Positions 40,828-50,144 of a DNA stretch of 64,000 nucleotides are shown here, one piece after another. Numbering within the stretch: the stretch's first letter is position 1; each line of letters begins with the position of its first letter. The position numbers and the translations under genes are program-made. The stretch lies in the NCBI GenBank assembly GCA_035288225.1, contig DATEAT010000036.1, positions 10,612 to 74,611 on the forward strand, read 5' to 3'. The notes beneath the pieces were generated by a model that saw nothing but the letters and a program-made list of their open reading frames with translations, did no database searches and was not told the DNA's origin. The stretch comes from Anaerolineales bacterium. GTDB taxonomy: Bacteria > Chloroflexota > Anaerolineae > Anaerolineales > RBG-16-64-43.

Positions 40828-41685
40828 CTAGGCGGCGGGCATATCGTAGGCCACCAGGCCCAGCGCGCGCGGTCCCAGCAGCGAGGCCACCGAGGCGCTC
40901 AGGCGCGCGATCACAATCGGGCAGGTGGGAAAGATCTCCCGTACCCGTTCGATCAGCAATTCCACGTCGGATTGGAGGTGGTCGGAGCCCTGCAAGACGG
41001 CCAATTGGCGCAAGTGCGTGAACTCGCCGACGAATTCGATCAGTTTCTCAATGGCCTGCTCGCGCGTGCGCACCTTCTCCAGCGGGACGAAGCTGCCGTC
41101 TTCCAGTGAAAGGAACGGTTTGATGCCCATCATTTCGCCGAGCAGAACCTGCGAACGGCTCAGATGTCCGGCACGCTGCAGGTAGGCCAAATCCTCAACC
41201 AGCACGACGGCGTACAGGCGGGGAATCAGGTAGCGAATGTGGCGTACGACGTCGTCCAGTGAAGCGCCGTCATCTGCCAGGCGCGTGGCTTCTTCGACCA
41301 GGAGTCCCAGACCTGCGGAGGTGGTGAGCGAGTCGATGACCGCGATGTTCGTCCGCCCCATCAAGGTCTCGCTCGCGGCGCGCGCGTTGCGCACCGTGCG
41401 GCACAGTTTGCCGGAAACATGCAGGCACAGGATGTCGGAGGAGCAATGGGTCAGGCTCTCCAGGACCGAGGTGTAGGTGTCCACGCTGGGCGAGGCCACC
41501 ACCGGCAGCACGCTCGGCGTGCCGGCGGCCGGCTGCAAATCGCCAGCGGAGATTTCGCTACCGTCGAGGTACGAGCGGGTACCCAGATGGATAGTTAGGG
41601 GCAGGATGACCGTATTGTGCTTGGCCGCGAATTGCGGGTCGGCCAGCCACACCGTACTGTCTGTGACCACGCGCAATCTGCTCAT
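40828..41685 (-). CDS. DegV/FakB fatty-acid-binding protein (more divergent paralog)
   Basis: VVTDST, VIDS, GIKPFL, LGPRALG. Confidence 0.88.
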   Translation of the reverse strand: MSRLRVVTDSTVWLADPQFAAKHNTVILPLTIHLGTRSYLDGSEISAGDLQPAAGTPSVLPVVASPSVDTYTSVLESLTHCSSDILCLHVSGKLCRTVRNARAASETLMGRTNIAVIDSLTTSAGLGLLVEEATRLADDGASLDDVVRHIRYLIPRLYAVVLVEDLAYLQRAGHLSRSQVLLGEMMGIKPFLSLEDGSFVPLEKVRTREQAIEKLIEFVGEFTHLRQLAVLQGSDHLQSDVELLIERVREIFPTCPIVIARLSASVASLLGPRALGLVAYDMPAA

Positions 41686-41726
41686 ATCTCCCCTGTACCG
41701 GCCGGCGCTACCTTCACCCGGCCGGG

Positions 41727-43421
41727 CTATTCCACCGAAAGGATAAAGGGGTAATGCGGTTGCCCACCCTCGTGCAGTTCCACCTCCACCGAGGTGTAGC
41801 GCTTGCGCACCTGATCCGTGATCTGGTTGGCCTGGGTCCCGCTCAGGTCGCTGCCGTAGTAGAGCGTGATCAGCTCGTGCTGCGCCGCGTGCATGTGTTC
41901 GAGTAATTCGAGCAGCGCGGTTTCGATGCTATCGCCGCTGACGACCAGAGTGCCGTTGTGCAAACCGATGACCTGGCCTTCGCTGACGTGCACCCCATCG
42001 AGTTCCACGTTGCGTGTGGCCAGGGTGATCTCGCCGCTTTCGACCGCGTTCAGCGCCTGAGTCATAGCCTGGGTCACTGCCTCTAGATCCCCGTCGCTGG
42101 CGAAGGCGAGCATGCTGGCAATCCCTTGGGGGATGGTGCGCGAGGGGATGACCCGCACCTGTTTCACCGTCAGTTCGCGTGCCTGGTCGGCGGCGAGTTG
42201 GATGTTCTTGTTGTTGGGCAAGATCAGCACGCGGTCGGTGGGCAGGTTCTCAAAGGCGTTGAGGATTTCCTGCGTGCTGGGGTTCATCGTCTGCCCCCCC
42301 GCGATAACCGCCGCCACACCCAGGCTGGCAAACACGCGGGCAATGCCCGGGCCGGGCGCGACGGCCACCGCGGCCAACTGTCCGGGCACCACCGTGGCCA
42401 AACGCAGCGCTTCGCGGCCCGCGGCTTCTTGCGATCGCTCGGCCAATTGCACCTGCAAGTTCTCCACCGCGATCTTCGTGACCGAGCCGAGACTCATCAC
42501 GTAGTCGATGGGTTCGTAGCGCTTGTCGGTGGGAACATGAATATGGAGACGGTAGAACTCGTCGCCTTGCCCAACCTGGATGGACGTCCCCATCTCCTGC
42601 AGGCGGGCATAGAAGCTGTCCAGGTTGAGCGGCTCGCCCGGTCGGAAATCGATGACCACTTCGAAGTCCTGTCCCGCTTCGACCGACTCCTCGACCTGGC
42701 GCAGGTTGAGGGCCGAGAGGGGCTGCACGGTAATCGTGGGCTGGTCGAGGGCCTGCCCCTTAGCGAAGCGCAACATGCCTTCCAGGATGAAGAACAATCC
42801 TTTGCCGCCCGAGTCGACTACGCCGGCTTCCCGAAGCACCGGCAGGAGTTCGGGCGTACGCAGAACGGACTCGTCGGCAGCTGCCACGACGCGTTCGAGG
42901 AGCGCTACGGGCTTGGCCCCTGCGTCCGCGGCGGCCTGCGCCTCTCGGGCCACATCCGTCGCCACGGTCAGGATGGTCCCTTCCACCGGGCGCACCACGC
43001 CCTGATATGCCATATCGCGCGCCGCAGCCAGCGCGCGCGCCAGCGCGGGCGAATCGACTTCCGCCAACTGGTCGAGGCTGCGCGAAAGACCGCGCCATAA
43101 TTGCGAAAGGATGACTCCCGAGTTGCCGCGTGCGCCCATCAGCGCGCCGTGGGCCAGGGTGTGAGCCACCTTGCCGGCATTCGCTTCGCGCGTCTCGCCC
43201 ATCTCTTGGCAGGCGGCCTGCATGGTCAACAGCATGTTGGTGCCGGTGTCGCCATCCGGCACTGGGAAGACGTTGAGCGCGTTGACCAGCTGTTGATTGA
43301 CGCCTAGCCATGCAAGACTGGCCTTGGCCAAATGACGAAGGAGGTGACCGTCGATGGTTTCGGGTTCGGGGGGCGTGCCGCTCGCCGACCCCTGCGACGG
43401 CCGCTTTCTCGCTGTCATCAT
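41727..43421 (-). CDS. fakA: DAK2-domain fatty acid kinase catalytic subunit
   Basis: LNVFPVPDGDTGTNM, GARGNSG, VVDSGG, GGQTMNPS, GGQPHY; start approximate. Confidence 0.92.
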   Translation of the reverse strand: MMTARKRPSQGSASGTPPEPETIDGHLLRHLAKASLAWLGVNQQLVNALNVFPVPDGDTGTNMLLTMQAACQEMGETREANAGKVAHTLAHGALMGARGNSGVILSQLWRGLSRSLDQLAEVDSPALARALAAARDMAYQGVVRPVEGTILTVATDVAREAQAAADAGAKPVALLERVVAAADESVLRTPELLPVLREAGVVDSGGKGLFFILEGMLRFAKGQALDQPTITVQPLSALNLRQVEESVEAGQDFEVVIDFRPGEPLNLDSFYARLQEMGTSIQVGQGDEFYRLHIHVPTDKRYEPIDYVMSLGSVTKIAVENLQVQLAERSQEAAGREALRLATVVPGQLAAVAVAPGPGIARVFASLGVAAVIAGGQTMNPSTQEILNAFENLPTDRVLILPNNKNIQLAADQARELTVKQVRVIPSRTIPQGIASMLAFASDGDLEAVTQAMTQALNAVESGEITLATRNVELDGVHVSEGQVIGLHNGTLVVSGDSIETALLELLEHMHAAQHELITLYYGSDLSGTQANQITDQVRKRYTSVEVELHEGGQPHYPFILSVE

Positions 43422-43452
43422 CCGCAATTCAATCCTGCGTCCTGGGTTGGAG

Positions 43453-43812
43453 TCAATCCGGGTTGCTGACGCGAAGGCCCTGCACGTGAACATGGACGGC
43501 GCGCACCGGCACCCCGAACGCCCGTTGCACGTGATACTGAACAGCATCCGCCATGCTGCGCGTGACAGTCGTGATGCGCAGGCCGTATTCGAGGACGACG
43601 TAGACGTCGAGAATCAGACCATCCGCCTCGACCGTGACCTGCACCCCTTGCCGTGGGTCGCGGGCGATCGGGCTGATCCACGTATCGATCATGCGGTGGG
43701 CGGCCATGCCGACCACGCCGTATGAGGCCTGTGCCGCATGGCTCGCCAGCGTCGCGATGGCGCGGCGCGAGATGCAGATGGATCCCAGGGAAGTGAGTTC
43801 AGTCGTAGTCAT
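43453..43812 (-). CDS. Asp23/Gls24-family protein (YloU-like)
   Basis: LGSICIS, YGVVGM, EYG, VHVHVQGLR; sits between rpmB and fakA. Confidence 0.9.
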   Translation of the reverse strand: MTTTELTSLGSICISRRAIATLASHAAQASYGVVGMAAHRMIDTWISPIARDPRQGVQVTVEADGLILDVYVVLEYGLRITTVTRSMADAVQYHVQRAFGVPVRAVHVHVQGLRVSNPD

Positions 43813-43923
43813 CCGTGATGGCCCCTGCCGCGCAACGCCCCCCGTGCGTCCTTGTCGGGCGCCGGACGGTATGGTAAGATTGAAAAGTCATTCGACCAAG
43901 TAGACGGAAAGGGATCTCACGTC

Positions 43924-44106
43924 ATGGCCAAGTGTGCACATTGCGGCAAGGCGCTCAGCTTCGGGCACAATCGCAGCTTCTCGAACCGGGCGACTCGCCG
44001 CGCGTTCCGGCCGAACCTGCAGAAGGTCAGTGTGCTCGAAGGCCGGCGGACGGTACAGAAGGTGCTGTGCACCAAGTGCATCCGCACGCTGGTGAAGACG
44101 GGCTAG
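43924..44106 (+). CDS. rpmB: 50S ribosomal protein L28 (Zn-binding form)
   Basis: MAKCAHCGK...GHNRSFS...FRPNLQ...CTKC; TGgTAAGAT extended -10 at 43872-43880. Confidence 0.95.
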   Translation: MAKCAHCGKALSFGHNRSFSNRATRRAFRPNLQKVSVLEGRRTVQKVLCTKCIRTLVKTG

Positions 44107-44127
44107 CCTCACATTCAGGCCGGTTCG

Positions 44128-44163
44128 GGTCGGTGTGCCGGGTCGGACACCGACCTTTTTGTT
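44128..44163 (+). terminator. Intrinsic terminator after rpmB
   Basis: GGTCGGTGT...ACACCGACC stem followed by TTTTTGTT. Confidence 0.8.
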
Positions 44164-44313
44164 GAATGAGGCCGCCCACCTTATCCCCGTAATGATACCT
44201 GCCGCGCGGCCAAATATCAATAGGTGCTGCTGCGACCCCGATAATCGGGCCTGCCGTAAGGGAGTCCCGCCTGGCACGCCTCCTGCTGCACTGGGAACAG
44301 GGAGGTGGCGAGG

Positions 44314-45822
44314 ATGACGAGATACCGACTGGCAGCGCGGGCGGCAGCCCTCGCAGCTGCGCTTTGGCTCGCCGGCCTGGCCTGCTCGCGCAGCGGCGTA
44401 CCGTTACCTATACGCAATTTGCCTCTGCCCTTCGTGGATTCTGTTCCTTCCGGACCGACGGCTTTCCAGCCGCTTGCCTCTGCCCGGCGCACCCCGACCC
44501 CCGACCCAGTTCGCGCTTCGCTCAACCTCGCGCCACATCCCGCGTCGTACGCCGTCCAACCCGGAGACACACTGGGCGCCATCGCCGTTCGCTTCGGGGT
44601 GAGCCTTGCGGCGCTGCAGGCGCGCAACCCAACTCTCGATCCGTCTCGCCTGGAAATCGGTCAGCACGTGGAAATACCCATGCCGGATTCGGAGCAGCCA
44701 GGGCCGAGTTACAAAATCATCCCCGATTCCGAATTGGTGTTCGGGCCCGGGGCGATGGATTTCGATATCCAAGGATTCGTGGACTCGCAGGGCGGATATC
44801 TTGCGACGTACGGCTCGACCGTGGACGGGCGAGATCGCAGCGGCGCGGAGATTGTTGAGCTCGTCAGCCAACGCTACTCTGTCAACCCACGCCTGCTGCT
44901 GGCCGTGTTGGAATATACAGGCGGGTGGGTCACCAACCGCAGCCCGTCCGCCTTTCGCCAGGGGTTTCCAATTGTCTATCTCTCGGGACGCGATGGCTTG
45001 TATCGCCAATTGACCTGGGCGGCGAATGAACTCAATCGCGGGTTCTATTCCTGGCGTGCCGGAGGGTCGGACTACTGGACGTTCGGCGACGGCAGCGCGG
45101 TCCGCGCAGGCCCAGGGATAAATGCCGGAACGGCTGCGGTTCAGCAGCTCATGGCGCAGCTCTTCTCGCGCGGCGAGTGGGAGCGGGCAGTGGGCGAGCA
45201 GGGTTTGTTTGCCACCTATGAAACTTTCTTCGGCTACCCGTTCGACTGGGCCTTTGAACCGCTCGTGCCGCCCGACCTCACCCAACCCGAGTTGCGCCTG
45301 CCCTTCGAGAATGGACATACGTGGTATTTCACCGGCGGGCCGCACGGCGCGTGGGACACCGGCTCGGCCTGGGGCGCTCTCGACTTCGCACCCGGCAGCG
45401 TGCCGCTCGGGTGTTCTACCAGCAGTGATTGGGTCGTAGCCGCTGCGCCGGGCCTCATTGTGCGTAGCGATGAAGGCGCCGTGGTGCAGGACCTGGACGG
45501 GGACGGGCACGAACAAACCGGCTGGGTCATCTTCTACATGCATATCGCCTCGCACGATCGCGTGCCCTTCGGGAAGTACCTGCAAACCGGAGACCGCATC
45601 GGTCATCCTTCATGTGAGGGCGGTGTGTCGACCGGCACCCACTTGCACCTTGCTCGCAAATTCAACGGCGAATGGATAGCGGCGGATGGCGCGCTGCCTT
45701 TTGCGATTGGCGGATGGATCTCCGCCGGTTTGGGTCGGGAGTATGATGGAACCCTCTCGCACGGCGGCACGCGCATGGAAGCCTGCGAATGCCGCGCTTC
45801 ATCGAATGCCATTACCCCCTAG
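44314..45822 (+). CDS. Lipoprotein, LysM + M23 (LasA-like) metallopeptidase, paralog 1
   Basis: LAC lipobox-like site; YAVQPGDTL LysM; HX12D, YMH, CEGG..TGTHLH. Confidence 0.85.
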   Translation: MTRYRLAARAAALAAALWLAGLACSRSGVPLPIRNLPLPFVDSVPSGPTAFQPLASARRTPTPDPVRASLNLAPHPASYAVQPGDTLGAIAVRFGVSLAALQARNPTLDPSRLEIGQHVEIPMPDSEQPGPSYKIIPDSELVFGPGAMDFDIQGFVDSQGGYLATYGSTVDGRDRSGAEIVELVSQRYSVNPRLLLAVLEYTGGWVTNRSPSAFRQGFPIVYLSGRDGLYRQLTWAANELNRGFYSWRAGGSDYWTFGDGSAVRAGPGINAGTAAVQQLMAQLFSRGEWERAVGEQGLFATYETFFGYPFDWAFEPLVPPDLTQPELRLPFENGHTWYFTGGPHGAWDTGSAWGALDFAPGSVPLGCSTSSDWVVAAAPGLIVRSDEGAVVQDLDGDGHEQTGWVIFYMHIASHDRVPFGKYLQTGDRIGHPSCEGGVSTGTHLHLARKFNGEWIAADGALPFAIGGWISAGLGREYDGTLSHGGTRMEACECRASSNAITP

Positions 45823-45852
45823 AGATGGGAGTCCCTTTTGCCAGCGCATGCA

Positions 45853-47415
45853 ATGAAGCGGAGTGCCTGGCGCATTGCCGCCGCCGCGATTGCGGTGGTA
45901 AGCCTCGCCTGCGCCCGCCAGGGGATTCTCCTGCCGGGTGAGGGAACTCCGCTGCCGACCGTGGCGGCCCCGGCAACACTCACGCCGAGCCGCGTGCCAC
46001 CCACGAACACCCCGCCGGCGCCCAGCGCCACAGCGGCGCCATTGCCCAGCGCGACCACGATCTGGACTCTCGTCCCGCCTGCCTCGCCAACCTTCCCGGC
46101 GACTCCCACCCAAGTTGCGACGTCCAGCCTGCCCATCGTCTACCGGGTGCAAGCCGGCGACACACTCAATGCACTTGCCATCCGCTTCGGCGTGACACCC
46201 AACGACATTCAGGTACTCCAGGGCAACGCGCCCCCGCAAGGGCTGCTCAATCCGGGGCTGCAGGTGGTTGTGCCTGTGCGCCTCGGGCGGACGACTGCAA
46301 GCGACGAGTTCATGCCCGACAGTGAAGTTGTCTTTTCCGCCAGCGCGGCTGCGTTCGACGTCGCCGCCTTCGCCCGCGAGAAGCGAGGCTACCTTTCGCA
46401 CGCTCAGGCCGAGAACGGGTCGGGCAGCGCATCGGCTGCGCTCAAGCGCCTGGCCCTCGACAATTCGGTGAACCCGCGCCTGCTGCTGGCGCTGCTCGAA
46501 CACTTCGGCGGATGGGTGACAGATCCCTCGCCATCCGGCGACGCGCTCAACTATCCCTTCGGCATCTACGATGCGTCCGCCGCGGGGTTTGCGGCGCAGC
46601 TCATTCAGGCGACCAACCGCCTAGGGATTGGCTACTACGGCTGGCGAGATGCTAGCCTGCTTGAGCTTGGCTTTCGCGACGGATCGCGGCTGCGGCTGGC
46701 GCCAGAACTCAATGCCGGAACCGTGGCCATCCTCTACTTCTTCTCCGTGGATGCAACGGACGAGGCGGATTGGCTGAGCGACGTCCAGTCGTTCTTGGCG
46801 ACGTATCGCGGCCTGTTTGGCGATCCCTTTGCCCGAGTCGACCGCTTTGAACCGCTCTACTACCCCACGCTGACCCAGCCGGAGTTGAATCTTCCGTTCT
46901 TCGCGGGGCAGCGCTGGTCGTTTACCGGCGGGCCGCACGGGGCGTGGGAACGCGACGGAGCGCGCGCCGCGCTCGACTTCGCGCCGCCCACCAGCATCAG
47001 CGGCTGCGCTATGTCGGATTTGTGGGTGACGGCGTCCGCGCCGGGGCAGGTGGTGCGCAGCGAGAACGGCGTCGTGGTTCTCGACTTGGACGGAGACGGG
47101 CAGGAGCAAACCGGGTGGAACCTGCTCTACCTGCACGTTGCCAGCGCCAACCGGGTTGCGGCCGGGGCTCGCCTTGAGGCAGGCGACTACATCGGCCATC
47201 CCTCGTGCGAGGGCGGCGTGGCCACCGGGACTCACCTGCACCTGGCGCGCAAATTCAATGGCGAGTGGATGCTGGCAGACGGACCATTGCCCTTTGTCTT
47301 GAGCGGCTGGCGGGCGCAGGCGGGTAGCCAGCCTTACGAGGGCGCGCTGGTACGGGGCGGGGACATGGCCGTCGCCTGCCGTTGTGCCTCGAGCGACACG
47401 CTCGTGTGGCGCTGA
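45853..47415 (+). CDS. Lipoprotein, LysM + M23 (LasA-like) metallopeptidase, paralog 2
   Basis: LAC site; long Pro/Thr linker; YRVQAGDTL; HX12D, YLH, CEGG..TGTHLH. Confidence 0.85.
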   Translation: MKRSAWRIAAAAIAVVSLACARQGILLPGEGTPLPTVAAPATLTPSRVPPTNTPPAPSATAAPLPSATTIWTLVPPASPTFPATPTQVATSSLPIVYRVQAGDTLNALAIRFGVTPNDIQVLQGNAPPQGLLNPGLQVVVPVRLGRTTASDEFMPDSEVVFSASAAAFDVAAFAREKRGYLSHAQAENGSGSASAALKRLALDNSVNPRLLLALLEHFGGWVTDPSPSGDALNYPFGIYDASAAGFAAQLIQATNRLGIGYYGWRDASLLELGFRDGSRLRLAPELNAGTVAILYFFSVDATDEADWLSDVQSFLATYRGLFGDPFARVDRFEPLYYPTLTQPELNLPFFAGQRWSFTGGPHGAWERDGARAALDFAPPTSISGCAMSDLWVTASAPGQVVRSENGVVVLDLDGDGQEQTGWNLLYLHVASANRVAAGARLEAGDYIGHPSCEGGVATGTHLHLARKFNGEWMLADGPLPFVLSGWRAQAGSQPYEGALVRGGDMAVACRCASSDTLVWR

Positions 47416-47430
47416 CGCGGCGGACCCGGA

Positions 47431-48933
47431 ATGAACCTTTTCCCCTTTCGTACCTCTTCGTTCGTGCGCACGTGCCTACTGGCCGCAATGGTCCTTCTCT
47501 CCGCCTGCCTGCCGGAGGAGGCCGTACGCCCCGGTACCCCGTCGGGCGGTGACACTCAAACCCTGCCGACACCCGCTGCGGCCGCAACGCCTTTGCCCAC
47601 GCGCCTTCCGATCGTGCCAGGGCAGATCATGCCCTACGCGGCCCAACCCGGTGACACATTGGAGGCTGTGGCCGCCCATTTCAACACGACGATCGCGGCT
47701 ATCCGTAGCGCCAACCCGGCCCTGCCGCGCAAGGTTTCGACTCTTTCGCCCGGTCAAGTGCTGCGTGTGCCCACCTACTTTGCACCCTTCACCGGAACTC
47801 CCTTTCACATACTCCCCGACGGCGAGGTGGTGAATGGCCCGCCGCGCGCGGGGTGGGATCTGGCGCGTGAGGTAGAGGGGCGAGGCGGGTACTTGGCCTC
47901 GTTTCGCGCCTATACGCTGGGCGGGTTCCGTGAAGGGTGGCAGGTGGTTGAAAAGGTTGCCGAGCGATATTCGGTCAATCCGCGGCTCCTGCTTGCGCTG
48001 CTCGAATACAGGTCGTCAGCGCTCACTCGCCGTGCGCTTACAACGCAGCAAGTCCTTTTTCCGCTTGGGACCTTGGATGCAGAGTGGAAAGGTCTCACTG
48101 GCCAACTCTACTGGGCCTCCGAAATGCTGAACAACGGATACTACGGCTGGCGAGACGGCTCCCTGCAAGAGATTGTGCTCGCTGACGGCCGCGTGACACG
48201 CCCCGACCCATGGCAAAACGCCGGCACCGTGGCAGTTCAGTACCTGTTGGCTCAGTGGTTCGGCCAAGAGGAATTCGACGAAGCCGCCGGTGTGCAAGGA
48301 TTCGTCTTGACCTATCGAGCAATGTTCGGGGACCCGTTTGTGAACGATCAAGCACTCATCCCGGGCGACTTGACCCAACCGGAGTTGGCACTGCCGTTCG
48401 AGCCCGGCAAGGTTTGGGCTTATACCGGTGGCCCCCATCCTACCTGGGGCGACAGCCTGCCTTGGGGAGCGCTTGATTTCGCGCCGCCGTCGACGGTGAG
48501 CGGGTGCATCTCCAGCCCGGAGTGGGTCGTGGCGGTGGCCGAGGGCGTCGTTACGCGTAGCGAACTAGCCACCGTCGTGCTCGATCTGGATGGGGATGGC
48601 GATGAACGCACGGGGTGGGTGGTCTTCTATTTCCATCTCGAGACCGAGGGGAGAGTGGCTCAAGGGAGCCACGTCTCGCGCGGCGATCACCTCGGTCATC
48701 CCTCATGTGAGGGAGGCCGCGCCACAGGCTCGCATGTTCACCTCGCCCGCCGCTACAACGGAGAATGGATTCCTGCCGCCGGTCCGCTACCCTTCACCCT
48801 GAGCAATTGGGTGGCGGGGTCTAGCGGCGAGGCTTACCTTGGGACGCTCACGCGATTCCTGGATATGATCAGCGCCTGTACCTGCTCGACCTTCGCCAAT
48901 CAACTCGCGCTGCCTTCCCCGTCCGTGCCCTAG
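47431..48933 (+). CDS. Lipoprotein, LysM + M23 (LasA-like) metallopeptidase, paralog 3
   Basis: LSAC lipobox; YAAQPGDTL; HX12D, YFH, CEGG..TGSHVH. Confidence 0.85.
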   Translation: MNLFPFRTSSFVRTCLLAAMVLLSACLPEEAVRPGTPSGGDTQTLPTPAAAATPLPTRLPIVPGQIMPYAAQPGDTLEAVAAHFNTTIAAIRSANPALPRKVSTLSPGQVLRVPTYFAPFTGTPFHILPDGEVVNGPPRAGWDLAREVEGRGGYLASFRAYTLGGFREGWQVVEKVAERYSVNPRLLLALLEYRSSALTRRALTTQQVLFPLGTLDAEWKGLTGQLYWASEMLNNGYYGWRDGSLQEIVLADGRVTRPDPWQNAGTVAVQYLLAQWFGQEEFDEAAGVQGFVLTYRAMFGDPFVNDQALIPGDLTQPELALPFEPGKVWAYTGGPHPTWGDSLPWGALDFAPPSTVSGCISSPEWVVAVAEGVVTRSELATVVLDLDGDGDERTGWVVFYFHLETEGRVAQGSHVSRGDHLGHPSCEGGRATGSHVHLARRYNGEWIPAAGPLPFTLSNWVAGSSGEAYLGTLTRFLDMISACTCSTFANQLALPSPSVP

Positions 48934-49028
48934 GGAATCGACCCGCGCCTGGCTCGAGGGGTGCGGGGGCACCTGCCGTACCGGGCCCACGGCTTGACCC
49001 GCCTCGAACGAACGCTTACACTAGACGA

Positions 49029-49464
49029 CGTGCCCAAGTTGGCCGGGCGATCGCGACGACTGTTGCCGTCCGGGGCAAGTGCCCCCGGGCTAAGAGCAGC
49101 CGTTCGAGGAAAGTCCGCGCTCCTGAGAGCACGATGCCGGGTAATCCCCGGGGCGGGGTGACCTGCCGGAATAGGGCCACAGAGAAGCGCAGTGCCGCGT
49201 TATGCGCGGCGAGGGTGAAACGGTGGTGTAAGAGACCACCGGCGCCGGCAGCAATGTCGGCGGCCAGGCAACCCCCATCGGGAGCAAGGCCAAACAGAGG
49301 CGAACTGCACGGTCCGCCGTGCGGTGCGGATCGGCTCGATCCGCTCAGCCTCGGGTAGGCTGCTAGAGCGCGTCGGCAACGCCGCGCCGAGAGAGATGAC
49401 CGCCGGGCCGAGGGCTTGGCTGCCTCGACCCACAGAACGCGGCTTATAGGCCGACTTGGGCACG
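49029..49464 (+). ncRNA. rnpB: RNase P RNA
   Basis: GAGGAAAGTCC (49106), GGGTGAAACGG, GGAGCAAGGC, ACAGAACGCGGCTTA (49432); P1 termini CGTGCCCAAGTTGGCC / GGCCGACTTGGGCACG are complementary. Confidence 0.96.
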
Positions 49465-49582
49465 CACGACGAGCGGTGGCGCAAGCCGCCGCTCTGCCGT
49501 TCACGGCAAAACCTCCTCGATCGACTGCCACAACCCGTCCGACCATCTTCCTGACGCAAGCCTTAAAACATTCCCTTGACAC

Positions 49583-49650
49583 TTGCCCCGGTGGGGCAAT
49601 GCGCATATACTGTGGGTGCTTGTGGGGCAAAGTGGAATGAAGTGGTGTGA
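49583..49650 (+). promoter_or_regulatory. dcw promoter (TTGCCC-N17-TATACT) with MraZ-binding direct repeats
   Basis: (T/A)GTGG repeats at 49611, 49621, 49631 and 49641, 10-nt period, directly upstream of mraZ. Confidence 0.8.
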
Positions 49651-49694
49651 CGCCGGACATCCGGCGTCTGCTGCTTAAGAGGCGAATAGAACAA

Positions 49695-50144
49695 ATGTTC
49701 CTTGGCGAGTACACCCACAACGTCGATGACAAGGGGCGCATGACCATCCCCTCACGCCTGCGCGCGGGCTTCGCTGGCGGGGCGGTCGTCACGCGTGGGT
49801 TCGAATCGTGCCTGCTCGTGTATCCCCTCGAAACATTCCGACTGCTCGAGTCCAAAGCCCAGCGGCTGAGCACAACCGAACCCGCCAATCGTGCGCTCAA
49901 TCGCCTGCTCTTCGGCGGTGCGGCCGATGTGACGCTGGACTCCGTTGGCCGAGTCCTCATCCCGCCCTATCTTCGCGCCTATGCCCAACTCGGCGAAGCG
50001 ATCGTCATCGTCGGCGCCGGTCAGTATCTAGAAATCTGGGATGCGACGAAGTGGGTGGACCAATCGGCCTCACTCAACAATGCCGAGGCCAACTCGCAAC
50101 GCTTCGCCTCGCTCGACCTGGCGATCGGCGGCGAACGTGAGTGA
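49695..50144 (+). CDS. mraZ: Division/cell-wall cluster transcriptional regulator
   Basis: MFLGEYTHNVDDKGR, LDSVGRVLIP, LEIW. Confidence 0.96.
   Translation: MFLGEYTHNVDDKGRMTIPSRLRAGFAGGAVVTRGFESCLLVYPLETFRLLESKAQRLSTTEPANRALNRLLFGGAADVTLDSVGRVLIPPYLRAYAQLGEAIVIVGAGQYLEIWDATKWVDQSASLNNAEANSQRFASLDLAIGGERE

Noticed and set aside
44161..44313. Possible c-di-AMP or c-di-GMP riboswitch ahead of the LysM hydrolases
   Set aside because: I could not find the conserved motifs of either class by eye; an Rfam scan would settle it.
49016..49960. 314-aa minus-strand ORF and other ORFs over 49.0-49.6 kb
   Set aside because: The region is explained by rnpB and mraZ on the plus strand.
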